A stretch of 64,000 nt of DNA from Hydrurus foetidus (taxonomy: Eukaryota): NCBI GenBank assembly GCA_900617105.1, contig UYFQ01000506.1, positions 1 through 64,000 of the forward strand, in the 5' to 3' direction. The notes beneath the pieces are model-generated. The model was not told the DNA's origin. It searched no databases and saw only the letters and a list, made by a program, of their open reading frames with translations. Positions 31,753 to 43,772 of this stretch are shown here, one piece after another (position 1 is the stretch's first letter; each line of letters starts with the position of its first letter). A program made the position numbers and the translations under genes.

Positions 31753-32208
31753 ATGATCGCCATGGGTCCCGACGACATTCCCCTTTTTGGCATGCTCAAG
31801 AGCCGGCTGGGCTATCTGTCCGAGCGGCAGAAGGTCATCGCCCAGAACGTGGCCAACGCCAGCACGCCCGGCTATCAGCCGCGCGACCTGAAGCCCTACA
31901 GCTTCCAGGCCTCGCTGATGAACCACGGCTCGGGCCAGCAGCCCTATCGCGGCGGCCGGGTCGCCCCGACCAGCGGCGTCTCGATGATGGCCACCTCGGC
32001 CTCGCACATGGCGCCGTCCAACGCGCCCAGCGCCTGGCGGGCCACGGCGGGCGCCGATTCGGAAACCACCCTCGACGGCAACGCCGTGAGCCTCGAGGAC
32101 CAGATGCTCAAGATGTCCGACGCGCGCATGAACTATGACGCCGCCGTCGGCTTCTACCAGAAGTCCATGACCATGCTGCGGATGGCCGCCCGCAAGGTTA
32201 ACGGGTGA
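31753..32208 (+). CDS. flgB: Flagellar basal-body rod protein FlgB (start may be 31762)
   Basis: RQKVIAQNVANASTPGY..DGNAVSLE. Confidence 0.95.
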   Translation: MIAMGPDDIPLFGMLKSRLGYLSERQKVIAQNVANASTPGYQPRDLKPYSFQASLMNHGSGQQPYRGGRVAPTSGVSMMATSASHMAPSNAPSAWRATAGADSETTLDGNAVSLEDQMLKMSDARMNYDAAVGFYQKSMTMLRMAARKVNG

Positions 32209-32219
32209 GGGAGGATTAG

Positions 32220-32639
32220 ATGCCCGAGATCAAGTCCAACTCGCTGTCGACCATGGCCGTGGCCACCTCGGCCCTGCGCGCCCAGCAGGGCCGCATGCGG
32301 GTCATCGCCGAGAACATCGCCAACGCCAATTCCACCGCCCGCACCCCCGGCGGCGATCCCTACCGCCGCCAGGTGCCGGTGTTCAAGCCGACCAAGATCG
32401 AGGGCGCCGAGGGCGTCCAGATGCTGCGCGTCGACGCCGACCAGAGCGACTTCAAGACCGAGTACGAGCCGGGCAATCCGGCCGCCGACGCCAAGGGCTA
32501 TGTCAAGCTGCCCAACGTCAATTCGCTGGTCGAGGCCCTGGACATGAAAGAGGCGCAGCGCGCCTACGAAGCCAATCTCAACGTCATCGAGACCGCGCGC
32601 GCCATGCAGTCGCGCACCCTCGACATGCTGCGCAAATAG
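32220..32639 (+). CDS. flgC: Flagellar basal-body rod protein FlgC
   Basis: IAENIANANST..DPYRR..GYVKLPNVN..AQRAYEANL. Confidence 0.97.
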   Translation: MPEIKSNSLSTMAVATSALRAQQGRMRVIAENIANANSTARTPGGDPYRRQVPVFKPTKIEGAEGVQMLRVDADQSDFKTEYEPGNPAADAKGYVKLPNVNSLVEALDMKEAQRAYEANLNVIETARAMQSRTLDMLRK

Positions 32640-32649
32640 GGGCTGACCG

Positions 32650-32958
32650 ATGATCACCGCGCTCGCCGCCGCCAAGGCCTATGCGTCGCAAGGCGCCATG
32701 TCTGTCGGCTCGATCGGCGGCGGCACGACCGCCGCCAAGGGCATGGACTTCGGGGACCTCCTGAAGTCGGCCATGAACGACGTCACCCAGACCTCCAAGG
32801 CCGCCGAAATGAAGGTCGCCCAGCAGGTGGCCGGCAAGGCTGAGCTGATCGACGTGGTCACCGCCATCTCGTCGGCGGAAGCCAGCCTTGAGACCGTGAT
32901 GGCCGTGCGCGATCAGGTGATCTCGGCGTATCAGGAAATCATGCGGATGCCGATCTAG
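32650..32958 (+). CDS. fliE: Flagellar hook-basal body protein FliE
   Basis: [18 protein letters not shown]-terminus. Confidence 0.95.
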   Translation: MITALAAAKAYASQGAMSVGSIGGGTTAAKGMDFGDLLKSAMNDVTQTSKAAEMKVAQQVAGKAELIDVVTAISSAEASLETVMAVRDQVISAYQEIMRMPI

Positions 32959-32981
32959 CGGGCTAGTCGCTAAACTCAGCA

Positions 32982-33127
32982 GCGCCCCCTCCGTCACGCT
33001 GCGTATTCGCAGCGCGCCACCTCCCCCGCACGCTTCGCTACGGGGCAGGAGGGTGAAGCTGCCCTTCTCCTGCCCCGCTTGCGTGGGAGGTGGCGCGGCG
33101 CGGATACGCGACGTGACGGAGGGGGCG
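32982..33127. repeat. GC-rich palindromic intergenic repeat (family B)
   Basis: CGCCCCCTCCGTCACG...CGTGACGGAGGGGGCG terminal inverted repeat with internal hairpins. Confidence 0.8.
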
Positions 33128-33154
33128 TCCGGCGCTGGCCAGCTACCCCAATCC

Positions 33155-35133
33155 TCACTCCACCACAGCCGCCCGCCCACCCTGCTGGATGATCCGCGAC
33201 AGGGCCTCCATCGAATAGGGCTTCTGCAGCAGGTCGAACCCCTGGCCCTCGCTGTTGGCCAGGGCGTCGCTGTAGCCGCTGGTCAGGATCACCGGCAGGT
33301 CGGGGCGGGTCTCGCGCAGTCGCTTGGCCAGCTGCAGGCCATTGATCTCGCCGGGCATGACCACGTCGGTGAACACCACGTCGAACGCGTCGGGATCGAC
33401 CTCCAGCAGCGCCTGGGCCTGGACGGCGCTGCGGGCCAGGGTGACCGTATAGCCAAGGTCGGTCAGCAGCTGGTGGCCAAAGGCCCCGACCTCGACATTG
33501 TCCTCGACCATCAGCACGCGACGGCGTTGCGGCGCCACGGCCTCGGTGAACGCGAAGGGGGCGGCTTTTTCGGCCAGACGCTTGGCCGTGGCCGGCAGAT
33601 AGAGCGAGAAGGTCGCGCCCTGGCCCGGCAGGCTGCCCACGCGCACGTCGCCGCCCGACTGCCGGGCGAAGCCATAGACCTGGCTCAGCCCCAGGCCCGT
33701 GCCCTTGCCGACGGCCTTGGTGGTGTAGAACGGCTCGAAGATCCGCTCCATCTGGCTGGGGGCGATGCCCGGCCCGGTGTCGGTCAGGGCCACCACGATG
33801 AAGCGCCCCGATACCGCCGACGCGGCCCGCCCGCCGGGAATGACATCGGATGTCGAAACCTGGATCGACAGTCGGCCGCGCCCGTCCATGGCGTCGCGGG
33901 CGTTGACCGCCATGTTGATCAGGGCCGTCTCGTACTGGCCCCGGTCGGCCTCCACCGCGCAGGTCTCGCAAGCGGACTCGACCTCCAGCGCGACATTGGC
34001 CCCGACCAGGGTCTGCAGCATGGCCTGCAGCCGCCGGACGCTGTCGACGGCGTCGAACACTTCGGTCTTCAGGGGCTGGCGCCGGGCGAAGGCCAGCAGC
34101 TGGGCGGTCAGTTGCGCGGCCCGGTCCGCCGTCTCGCCGATCGCGTCGATATAGCGCCGCCGGCGGCGCTCATCGAGGTCTGGCCGACGCAGCAGGTCGA
34201 CGCTGGAGCGGATTACCGTCAGCAGGTTGTTGAAGTCGTGGGCCACCCCGCCGGTCAGCTGGCCGATGGCCTCCATCTTCTGGGCCTGGCGCAGGGCGGC
34301 GTGGGCGTCTTCCAGCTCGGCCGCGGTGCTGGTCTCCAGGGTGGCGTCGCGGCCCGAGATGTAGATGCGGTCCTTCTCGGCCACCAGGGTCCACTGCACG
34401 GTCAAGACGCCGCCCTCCGGCCCGACCACACCGGCTGGTGAAGCCACCGGCGTCTTGCGGCCGCGCGTCACCGCGAAGTGGCGGCTGCGGTCCTGGTCCT
34501 CGGCGGGCCTGATCCCAGAACGGGTGATGAACAGTCATCTCGTCAGCCCAGGCGACGGCTCCAGACCGGTTGCAGGCGGTCATCAGCCCGTCCAGACCGC
34601 AGATGGCCAGGAAGTCGGCTCAGCTCCCAGGCGGCTGAGCTCGGCCGTGCGGGCCTTGATCTCGGCCTGCAGACCCTGGTTCAGCCGGCGCAGCGCCTGC
34701 TCGGCCACGTCGCGGGCGGTGTCATCGCGAACCGTCAGCACCGCGCCGATCTGCACGCCTTCGGCGTCGCGGACAGGCGAGGCGCCGCCGATCGCCAGCA
34801 CCGAAACCCCGTCAGGCCGCCCGATGCGCCAGCGCGCCTCGCTGACCACCTCGCCGCGTATGGCGCGGCCAGCGGTAGTCGGCAGGCGGATGCGGCGCGC
34901 CGTCCAGGGTGCGCAGGGAATAGGCCCTGGCGCGTATCTTCGGGCCGATCTTCAGGTGGGAGGCACCGTGAATGCGTACGCGCAACCTCGGCGTGATACA
35001 TCAGGATGCAGGCCGCTCGCGTGCGGCGATACCGCCCTCCGGTCAGCTGCGCGTAGAACGCCGCCACCTGCTCGATGCGGTGGAAATCGACTTGCGCCGC
35101 GCCAGAACGCTTGCACTTTCCACGGCAGCGCAT
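33155..35133 (-). CDS. Cytoplasmic PAS hybrid histidine kinase/receiver (heavily frameshifted N-terminus; start approximate)
   Basis: PAS/PAC fragments, QKMEAIGQLTGGVAHDFNNLL, GTGLGLS, REC (DVVMPG, QKP). Confidence 0.85.
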
Positions 35134-35857
35134 CGATCGGTCGATAGGTCAGCTGTTTGAGCCCTGGGCCACAGGCTCACCGGCTGGGTAAAACAGGCGC
35201 GATTTGCGGGGCTGAGCTGAGAGGGATCGGCGATCCCCGGCCGACGCCACAGGCTTATCCTGACCGCTTCGCGGTCGCCTCCGCCTTTCGGGGAAGATGG
35301 GTCCGCGCAGTTCTCTGCTTCGAAGGAAACGGCTCCCCGTAGCGAGAACGACTACGGGGAATAGACGCCTCAATCCCGTGATGTCAGGTGTGAACCATCA
35401 ACGAATCAATGCCCGAAAATAAGACGAAACGCGCCTGTCAGACGCGCAAAACCTCCGTATTCTTGTCCACCTCGTCCGCGAGGAAAGGGCGCAAGGCCAG
35501 CGACCATTGCGGCAGCGGGGGGTGATCGAGCGGGACTGGGGCGAGGGATACTCGACCGGTCCGGGGATCCAGCGTTGCGGGACTGCCCCGCCGTTGGCGT
35601 GGACGGAAGACCACGGTAGTACGGCCCTCGATGCTTCGACAACTGAATGGCTCCGGAAACGGAGCGGTTCGGGTCCTGCTAAGGCCTCAACAGGGCCACC
35701 TGGCGGGACGCTGACGGACAACGACCGCGCGGAGCGCTCGGCTTCGTCGAAACGGTTATTCTATTTCTCATCCGGACGTCGTCCGGACGCTCCGCGACCC
35801 TTTCCATTCCTCGGCGGTTTCCGCGCGAGGTCGCGAAGCCGTGTCCGCCAGCGGCGC

Positions 35858-36040
35858 TCAAAGCCCCGCGAAGAAGCGCGGATCCAGGGCGAAGACGCCG
35901 TGGGTGAGGGCGTAGATCGCGTACCACAGGGCCGCATTGGCCACGGTCATGACCAGCACCGACAGGCCCAGCGGCCACTGGCTGGCGCGGCGCTTGGCGC
36001 GGCGCGCGTCGAAGGGGGCGGACTGCAGGGACGAGGCCAT
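35858..36040 (-). CDS. Small (60 aa) single-TM hypothetical protein
   Basis: MASSLQS..WPLGLSVLVMTVANAALWYAIYAL; GGAG RBS; promoter-like motif upstream. Confidence 0.55.
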   Translation of the reverse strand: MASSLQSAPFDARRAKRRASQWPLGLSVLVMTVANAALWYAIYALTHGVFALDPRFFAGL

Positions 36041-36062
36041 CTGTGATCTCCGATTAACCATC

Positions 36063-36088
36063 AACAGGATCGGGATTGAGTCGGTTCC
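36063..36088 (-). promoter_or_regulatory. Putative SigT/EcfG promoter
   Basis: GGAAC-N17-TGTT on the minus strand upstream of the small protein. Confidence 0.5.
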
Positions 36089-36186
36089 GCACCACTGCGA
36101 CATTCGCCGCGCGCCGCCTTGTCGCACCCGCGCTTTGCGTTGGCCGCGATCCGGGCCAGGGTAGGGCGCGCGCCCTCGGAGACTGC

Positions 36187-36983
36187 ATGACCGCTCCACA
36201 CCCCCTTCCTGGCGCCATCGTCCTCGACGGCATCGGCAAGACCTATGACGGCGCGCCGGTGCTGACCGGCGCCAGCCTGTCGATCGCCCGGGGCCAGTTT
36301 GTGGCCCTGGTCGGCGGATCGGGGGCGGGCAAGACCACCCTGCTCAAGACCATCAACGCCCTGATCGTCCCGACCACCGGGCGGGTGCTGATCGACGGCC
36401 AGGATGTGGCCGGACAGCCCGGCCCGGCCCTGCGCCGCCGCATCGGCTATGTCTTCCAGGAGGTGGGCCTGTTTCCCCACATGACCGTGGCCCAGAACAT
36501 CGGGATCACCCCCAGCCTGCTGGACTGGCCGGCCGAGACGATCGCCGCGCGGGTCGACACCCTGCTGGACCTGATCGCGCTGCCCCGCGACATCGCCGCG
36601 CGTCTGCCGGCCGAATTGTCGGGCGGACAGCGTCAGCGGGTCGGCGTCGCCCGGGCCCTGGCGGCCGAGCCGTCGATCCTGCTGATGGATGAGCCGTTCG
36701 GCGCGCTCGACCTGTGACCCGCGTGGCGTTGGCGCAAGACGTCCGGCGTCTGCATGACGCGCTGAACCTGACCACGGTGATGGTCACTCACGATGTCGGC
36801 GAGGCGCTACTGACCGCCGACCGGATCGTGGTCATGGCGGCTGGAGAGCGAGGTGGCGAGATCATCGCCGACGACACGCCCGCCGCCCTGCTGTCGGGCG
36901 GTCACGCCGATCCCCGCGTCGCCGCCCTGATCGACGCCCCGCGCCGTCAGGCCGAGAAGCTGGCGAGGCTCGCTCATGGATGA
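36187..36983 (+). CDS. ABC transporter ATP-binding protein, osmoprotectant (OpuA/ProV-like) type (frameshift near 36713)
   Basis: [31 protein letters not shown]. Confidence 0.88.
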
Positions 36984-38517
36984 TCGCCTGCATCAGGCCC
37001 TGGCCCTGCTGCCCGAGCGGCTGGGCTGGCATGTGGCCCTGTCGGCGGCGGCCCTCGCGCTGGGCCTGCTGATCGCCCTGCCGCTGGGCGTCCTGGCGGC
37101 GCAACCCCGCCTGCGCTGGGTTTCGCTGTCGTTGGCGGGGCTGGTCAGACCATTCCCAGCCTGGCCCTGCTGGCCCTGTTCTTCCCGCTGCTCTCCTGCT
37201 GTCGGGCCTGTCGCCGAAGCCTGACCGGCCATGGCTTTCGGCCCTGGGCTTCCTGCCGTCGCTGCTGGCCCTGACCCTGTATTCGATGCTGCCGATCCTG
37301 CGGAACACGGCGGCCACGGCCTGACCGGGGTCGATCCGGCCGTGGTCGAGGCGGCGCGCGGCGTCGGCATGACCGACCGCCAGAGGCTGTGGCGCGTGGA
37401 GCTGCCCCTGGCCCTGCCGGTGATCATGGCCGGGGTGCGGACGGCGGCGGTGTGGACCATCGGCGCGGCCACCCTTTCGACCCCCGTCGGCCAGACCTCG
37501 CTGGGCGACTACATCTTCTCGGGGCTGCAGACCGAGGACTGGGTGGCGGTGCTGGTCGGCTGCGCGGCCTCCGCCGTGCTGGCCATGGTCGTCGACCAGC
37601 TGCTGGGCCTGATCGAGAGCGGCGTCGGGCGGCGGGTTCGCGGCCGCTGGATCGTCGGCGTGGCCGGTCTGGCCGTCGGCCTCCGTCGCCGCGCTGGCCC
37701 TGGCCGGCGTGGCGTTGAGCCGGGGCAGCCCAGCTACGTGATCGGGGCCAAGAACTTCTCCGAGCAATATGTGCTGGCCGAGCTGATGGCGACGCGGGTC
37801 GAGGCGCGCGGCGGGCGGGTCGAGCGCAAGATCAACCTCGGCTCGGCGGTGGCCTACCGCGCCCTCGCCGCCGGCGAGATTGACGCCTATGTCGACTATT
37901 CGGGCACCCTCTGGGCCAATGTGCTGGGCCGCAGGGACAATCCCGGCCGGCAGGCGGTGCTGGACCAGCTGCGCACCGGCCTGATGGAGCGCGACGGCGT
38001 GGTGCTGCTGGCCCCGCTGGGCTTCGAGAACGCCTACGCCCTGGCGATGCGCCGGGATACGGCCGAGCGGCTGGGGATCAGGACCCTGGCCGACCTCGCC
38101 AAGGGCGAAAGCCTGACCATGGGCGGCGACCTGGAGTTCTTCTCCCGCCCCGAATGGAAGAGCGTCGAGACCGCCTATGGCCTGAGCTTCAGGGCCAAAC
38201 GCCAGTTCCAGCCCACCTTCATGTACCGCGCCCTGGCCTCGGGCGAGGCCGACGTGATCTCGGCCTTTTCCAGCGACGGGCGGATCGCGGCCGATGACCT
38301 GGTGCTGCTGGGCGACCCCAAGGGGGCCCTGCCGCCCTATGACGCCGTGATCCTGATCTCGCCGAAGCGGGCCGGGGACCGGCGGCTGGTCTCCGCCCTG
38401 TCGCCGCTGGCCGGCAGCATCGACGTGAAGCGCATGCAGGCGGCCAACTACGCGGTGGACCGCGATGCAAACAAGCTCAGCGCGGCGGAGGCGGCGAAGA
38501 TGCTGGAGGCAAACTAA
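36976..38517 (+). CDS. Fused ABC permease/substrate-binding protein, quaternary-amine (OpuBC-like) type (frameshifted)
   Basis: EAARGVGMT loop; [28 protein letters not shown]. Confidence 0.85.
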
Positions 38518-39744
38518 GAATCCCCGGCAGATCAGACCCTTCTCCCGGGCGCAATCCACTGCGATCTCATACCCCGCATCGGCGTGGCGCATGACCCCGC
38601 TGGCCGGGTCGTTCCACAGCACCCGGGCCAGACGTTTGGCGGCCCTCGGTGCCGTCGGCCACGATGACCATGCCGGCGTGCTGCGAGAAGCCCATGCCCA
38701 CCCCGCCGCCATGGTGCAGCGACACCCAGGTGGCGCCCGAGGCCGTGTTGAGCAGGGCGTTCAGCAGCGGCCAGTCCGAGACCGCGTCGGATCCGTCCTT
38801 CATCGCCTCGGTCTCGCGATTGGGCGAGGCGACCGAGCCGCTATCCAGGTGATCGCGGCCGATGACGACGGGGGCCTTGAGTTCGCCGCTGGCGACCATC
38901 GCGTTGAAGGCCAGACCCAGCCGGTGACGGTCGCCCAGGCCGACCCAGCAGATGCGAGCGGGCAGACCCTGGAACTTGATCCTCTCGGCCGCCATATCGA
39001 GCCAGTTATGCAGGTGGCGATTGTCGGGGATCAGTTCCTTGACCTTGGCGTCGGTCTTGGCGATGTCCTCCGGATCGCCCGACAGCGCCGCCCAGCGGAA
39101 CGGCCCGATGCCCCGGCAGAACAGCGGGCGGATATAGGCCGGCACGAAGCCCGGAAAGTCGAAGGCGTTGGTCACGCCTTCCTCCAGCGCCATCTGGCGG
39201 ATGTTGTTGCCATAGTCGACGGTCGGCACGCCGGCGGCCTGGAAATCGAGCATGGCCTGGACGTGCACCGCCATCGAGGCGCGGGCGGCGCGGTTGACGC
39301 TTTCCGGGTCGCGCTCCTTGGCGGTCGCCCACTGCTCCAGCGTCCAGCCGGCCGGCAGATAGCCGTTGATCGGATCGTGGGCGCTGGTCTGGTCGGTCAG
39401 CAGGTCGGGCCGGATGCCGCGCTGGAACATCGCTGGCAGCAGCTCGGCGGCGTTGCCCAGCAGGCCGACCGAGATCGGGCTCTTGGCCTGCGCGATCCAG
39501 GCCAGGGCCTCGTCGAGGCTGTCGGTCGACCGGTCCAGATAGCCGGTGCGCAGCATCTCGATCCGCAGGCTGGCACTCGATGGCCAGGCACGAGGCGGCC
39601 ATCACCGCCCAGCGGCGGCCCCTGCCCATGCCGCCAAGGCCCGCCGTCAGCAGCCACTTGCCCGACAGGTCGCCGCCATGGTGCTGGCGGCCCATCTCGA
39701 CGAAGGTCTCGTAGGTGCCCTGAACGATGCCCTGGGCGCCGATA

Positions 39745-39779
<35 letters not shown>

Positions 39780-40154
39780 GGCCAGGCCCTTGCGATCCAG
39801 TTCGTTGAAATGCTCCCAGGTCGCCCAGCGCGGCACCAGGTTGGAATTGGCGATCAGCACCCGGGGCGCGTCGGCGTGGGTCTTGAACACCCCGACCGGC
39901 TTGCCCGACTGGACCAGCAGGGTCTCGTCATCCTCCAGCCGCCGCAGGGTCTCGACGATCTTGTCAAAGCTCTCCCAATCGCGCGCCGCCCGGCCGATGC
40001 CGCCATAGACCACCAGTTCCTCGGGCCGCTCGGCGACGTCGGGATGCAGGTTGTTCATCAGCATCCGCAGCGGGGCCTCGGTCAGCCACGACTTGGCGGT
40101 CAGCTCGGTTCCGGTGGCGGCGCGGATGACGCGGCTGTTGTCGATGCGGGTCAT
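38514..40154 (-). CDS. hutU: Urocanate hydratase (frameshifted)
   Basis: [40 protein letters not shown]. Confidence 0.95.
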
Positions 40155-40962
40155 GCAGGGGGTCTCGCAAAGGCGATGCAGGCGGAAAGGACGTCGTTCA
40201 GAACCGCGCGCATCGGCGCGGCCTGGTCGGAACGATAGGGGGCGGGCCAGGTGTCGGGCGTCGGGGCTTTGACCGGGTCGTCCATGTAGCCGCGGCAGGC
40301 CAGCTCCATCTGGATGGCGTGAACGCCCTCCGACGGCTGGCCATAGTGGCGCGTGGTCCAGCCGCCCTTGAAGCGGCCGTTGGTGACGCGGCTCAGGCTT
40401 GATGCGTCGCAAGCCGCCTCCACCGCCGCCGTCAGGGCCGCGTCGCAGCTACCGCCGCTGTTGGTCCCGAGGTTGAACTGCGCCAGTTGGCCTTCGAACA
40501 GGCGCGGAACGAGCGAGCGGATCGAATGGGCCTCGTAGAGCACGACCCGCTCATGGCTTTGCCGCAGCCGGGCGATCTCGTCGGTCAGCGCCGCGTGGTA
40601 GGGCTCGAAATAGGCGACGCGTCGGCGGTCGATCTCGGCGTCGTCCGGAGCCTGGCCGTCGCGATACAGCGGCTCGCCGTCGAAGGTCGTGCTCGGGCAA
40701 AGCTCGGTGGTCGTCTGGCCCGGATAGAGCGAGGCCGGACGGGTCGCGATTGACGTCGATCACCGTGCGCGAGATCGCTGTCCGGATCACGGTGGCTTGG
40801 TCGCCGGCGAAGTCGTAGAGTTTGTCCACCCACCAGTCGGCGTCCTTGCGGGCCAGCCAGGGCGAGACGAGGCGGGCCTCGATCTCCGGCGGGATCTCGG
40901 TTCCGGTGTGCGGCAGGCTGACGATCAGCGGGGCGTCGCCGCGCGATCTGGAGCCAGGACAT
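40151..40962 (-). CDS. hutG: N-formylglutamate deformylase (frameshifted)
   Basis: [34 protein letters not shown]. Confidence 0.9.
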
Positions 40963-42498
40963 CACACCACCCCCGGCAGGTCGCTCGCCGCCGCGATCAC
41001 CGCGCCGGAGCGGACCAGCCGGTTGGCGGCCTCCATGTCGGGGTGGAAATGCCGGTCGTCTTCCAGATGCGGCACCTGCTTGCGCACCAGTCCGCGCACC
41101 GCCTCCAGCACCTCGCTCGACTTCAGCGGGGCGTGGAAGTCGCAGCCCTGGGCGGCCGCCAGCAGCTCGATGCCGATCACCGCCGTGGCGCTCTCGACCA
41201 TGGCCAGCAGGCGCCGGGCGCCGTGGGCGGCCATCGAGACGTGGTCTTCCTGGTTGGCCGAAGTCGGGATCGAGTCGACGCTGGCCGGATAGGCCTTCTG
41301 CTTGTTCTCCGACACCAGGGCCGCCGCCGTGACCTGCGGGATCATGAAGCCGGAGTTGAGGCCCGGCTTGGGCGTCAGGAAGGCCCGGCAGGGCCGGGTC
41401 GACCAGCATGGCGATGCGGCGCTCGGCGATCGAGCCGACTTCGGCGATCGCCAGCGCGATGCCATCAGCGGCCAGCGCAACGGCCACCGGCTCGGCGTGG
41501 AAGTTGCCGCCCGACAGGGCCTCGTCGCCGCCCTCCACGTCGCTGGGGAAGATCAGCGGATTGTCCGACACGCCATTGGCCTCGGTGGCCAGGGTGGTCG
41601 CCGCCTGTTTCAGCACGTCCAGCGCCGCGCCCATCACCTGGGGCTGGCAGCGCAGGCAGTAGGGATCCTGAACCCGCTCGTCCTCCTTCAGGTGCGAAGC
41701 GCGGATGGCCGAGCCGGCCATCAGGCTGCGCAGGGCGGCGGCGGTCTCGATCTGGCCAACATGGCGGCGCAGCAGGTGGATGCGCGGGTCGAACGGGGTG
41801 TCCGAACCCTTGGCGGCTTCGGTCGACAGGGCGCCGGTGATCAGGGCCGACTGGAACAGCAGCTCGGCCTCGAACAGGGCGGCCAGGGCGTTGGCGTTGG
41901 AGAACTGGGTGCCGTTCAGCAGGGCCAGACCTTCCTTGGGGCCCAGCACCAGCGGCGTCAGGCCGGCGTCTTCGAGGGCCTGGACGGCGGGGACGCGGAC
42001 GCCGTCGACGAAGATCTCGCCCACGCCGATCATGGTCGCGGCCATGTGAGCCAGCGGGGCCAGATCGCCCGAGGCCCCGACCGAGCCCTGGCAGGGGACT
42101 GCCGGCGTCAGGTTCTGACCAGCATCGCCTCCAGCAGCCTGACGGTCGCGGCCCGCACGCCCGACGCGCCCCTGGGCCAGGCTGGCCAGCTTCAGGGCCA
42201 TCATCAGGCGGATCACGGCAACCGGCGACGGCTCGCCCGTGCCGGCGGCGTGGGAGAGCACGATGTTGCGCTGCAGCCGTTCCAGGTCCTCGTCGCCGAT
42301 GCGGACGCTTGCCAGTTTCCCAAAGCCGGTATTGATCCCGTAGACCGGCTCGCCCCGGGCCAGGATGCGCTCCACAGCCCGGGCGCTCTCCTCGATCACC
42401 GGCCAGGCGTCGTCATGCAGCCGGGCGGGCTCGCCGCGATAGACCTTCTTCCACTCCATCAGGAAGACTTCGCCGGGATGCAGAACAACCATGGTCAA
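40962..42498 (-). CDS. hutH: Histidine ammonia-lyase (frameshifted)
   Basis: [20 protein letters not shown] (MIO), [19 protein letters not shown]. Confidence 0.95.
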
Positions 42499-43700
42499 TG
42501 ACCCTTCCAGACGCGGGCATGCAGCGGGTTGAAGCCCATGCGATAAACAAGTTCGGCGGGACGCTCGATGTCCCAGATGGCCAGATCACAGGCCTTGCCC
42601 GCCTGCAGCGTGCCCCGGTCAGCCAGCAGGCCCAGCGCCCGGGCGGCCTCGCGGGTGAAACCGGTCAGGCACTCTTCGACGGTCATGCGAAACAGGGTGG
42701 CGGCCATGTTCATGACCAGCAGCGGCGAGGTCATCGGCGAGGTGCCGGGATTGCAGTCGGTGGCCAGGGCCATCGGCACCCCGGCCGCGCGCAGGGCCTC
42801 GATCGGCGGCAGCTTGTGCTCGCGCGTGAAATAGAAGGCCCCGGGCAGCAGGGTCGCCACCGTGCCGGCGGCGGACATGGCCTCGACTCCGGTCTGATCC
42901 AGATGTTCCAGGTGATCGGCCGACAGGGCCCAGAACTCGGCGGCCAAGGCCGCGCCGTTCTGGTTGGACAGCTGCTCGGCGTGGATCTTGATCTTCAGGC
43001 CCCGTTTGTGGGCGGCCTCGAACACCCGCCTTGTCTGGGCCGGGGTGAAGCCGATGCCCTCGCAGAATACATCGACCGCCTCGGCCAGCTTCGCGTCCGC
43101 GACGGCGGGGATCATCTGCTTGCAGACCAGGTTGATGTAGCCGTCAGGATCACCCTTGAACTCGGGCGGCAGGGCGTGGGCGCCCAGCAGGGTGGTGCGG
43201 ATATCGATCGAACGGCAGTCGGCCAGGGCCCGGGCGGCGCGCAGGCATTTCAGCTCATCGTCCAGCGACAGGCCGTAGCCGGACTTGATCTCGACCGTTG
43301 TCACGCCCTGCGCGATCAGGGCGTCCAGGCGGGGCAGGGCGGCGGCGACCAGCTGTTGTTCGGACGCCGCGCGGGTGGCGGTCATGGTCGAGACGATGCC
43401 GCCGCCGGCCCGGGCGATCTCCTCATAAGAAGCGCCGGCCAAGCGTAGCTCGAACTCATGGGCGCGGTCGCCGGCGAAGACCAGATGGGTGTGGGGATCT
43501 ATCAGGCCGGGGGTGATCCAGCGGCCGTCGCAGTCGATCGTTTCAGCGGCTTCGAAGGCAGGGGCCTCGGCCACGTCGCCGGCATAAACGATGCGGCCCT
43601 CACGGGCTGCGACCACGCCGCGCTCGACGAGTCCCAGGCCCTCGCGCGCCGGATCAAGGGTGGCGAGCCGGCACGTTGTCCACAGTGTGTCGCACTGCAT
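42495..43700 (-). CDS. hutI: Imidazolonepropionase
   Basis: [29 protein letters not shown]. Confidence 0.95.
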   Translation of the reverse strand: MQCDTLWTTCRLATLDPAREGLGLVERGVVAAREGRIVYAGDVAEAPAFEAAETIDCDGRWITPGLIDPHTHLVFAGDRAHEFELRLAGASYEEIARAGGGIVSTMTATRAASEQQLVAAALPRLDALIAQGVTTVEIKSGYGLSLDDELKCLRAARALADCRSIDIRTTLLGAHALPPEFKGDPDGYINLVCKQMIPAVADAKLAEAVDVFCEGIGFTPAQTRRVFEAAHKRGLKIKIHAEQLSNQNGAALAAEFWALSADHLEHLDQTGVEAMSAAGTVATLLPGAFYFTREHKLPPIEALRAAGVPMALATDCNPGTSPMTSPLLVMNMAATLFRMTVEECLTGFTREAARALGLLADRGTLQAGKACDLAIWDIERPAELVYRMGFNPLHARVWKGH

Positions 43701-43732
43701 TGCGCCCGCCTCCCTCTCTTGCGGCAGTGTTC

Positions 43733-43750
43733 AATATGTATAGACATATT
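43733..43750. promoter_or_regulatory. HutC operator
   Basis: AATATGTATAGACATATT dyad containing TGTATAGACA between divergent hutI and hutF. Confidence 0.8.
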
Positions 43751-43772
43751 AGCAAGCGAGGAGCCCTGTCCA

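Noticed and set aside
35440..35530. c-di-GMP-I riboswitch-like words (GAAAGGGCGCAAGGCC)
   Set aside because: Could not build the required P1/P2 stems by eye; an Infernal/Rfam scan would decide.
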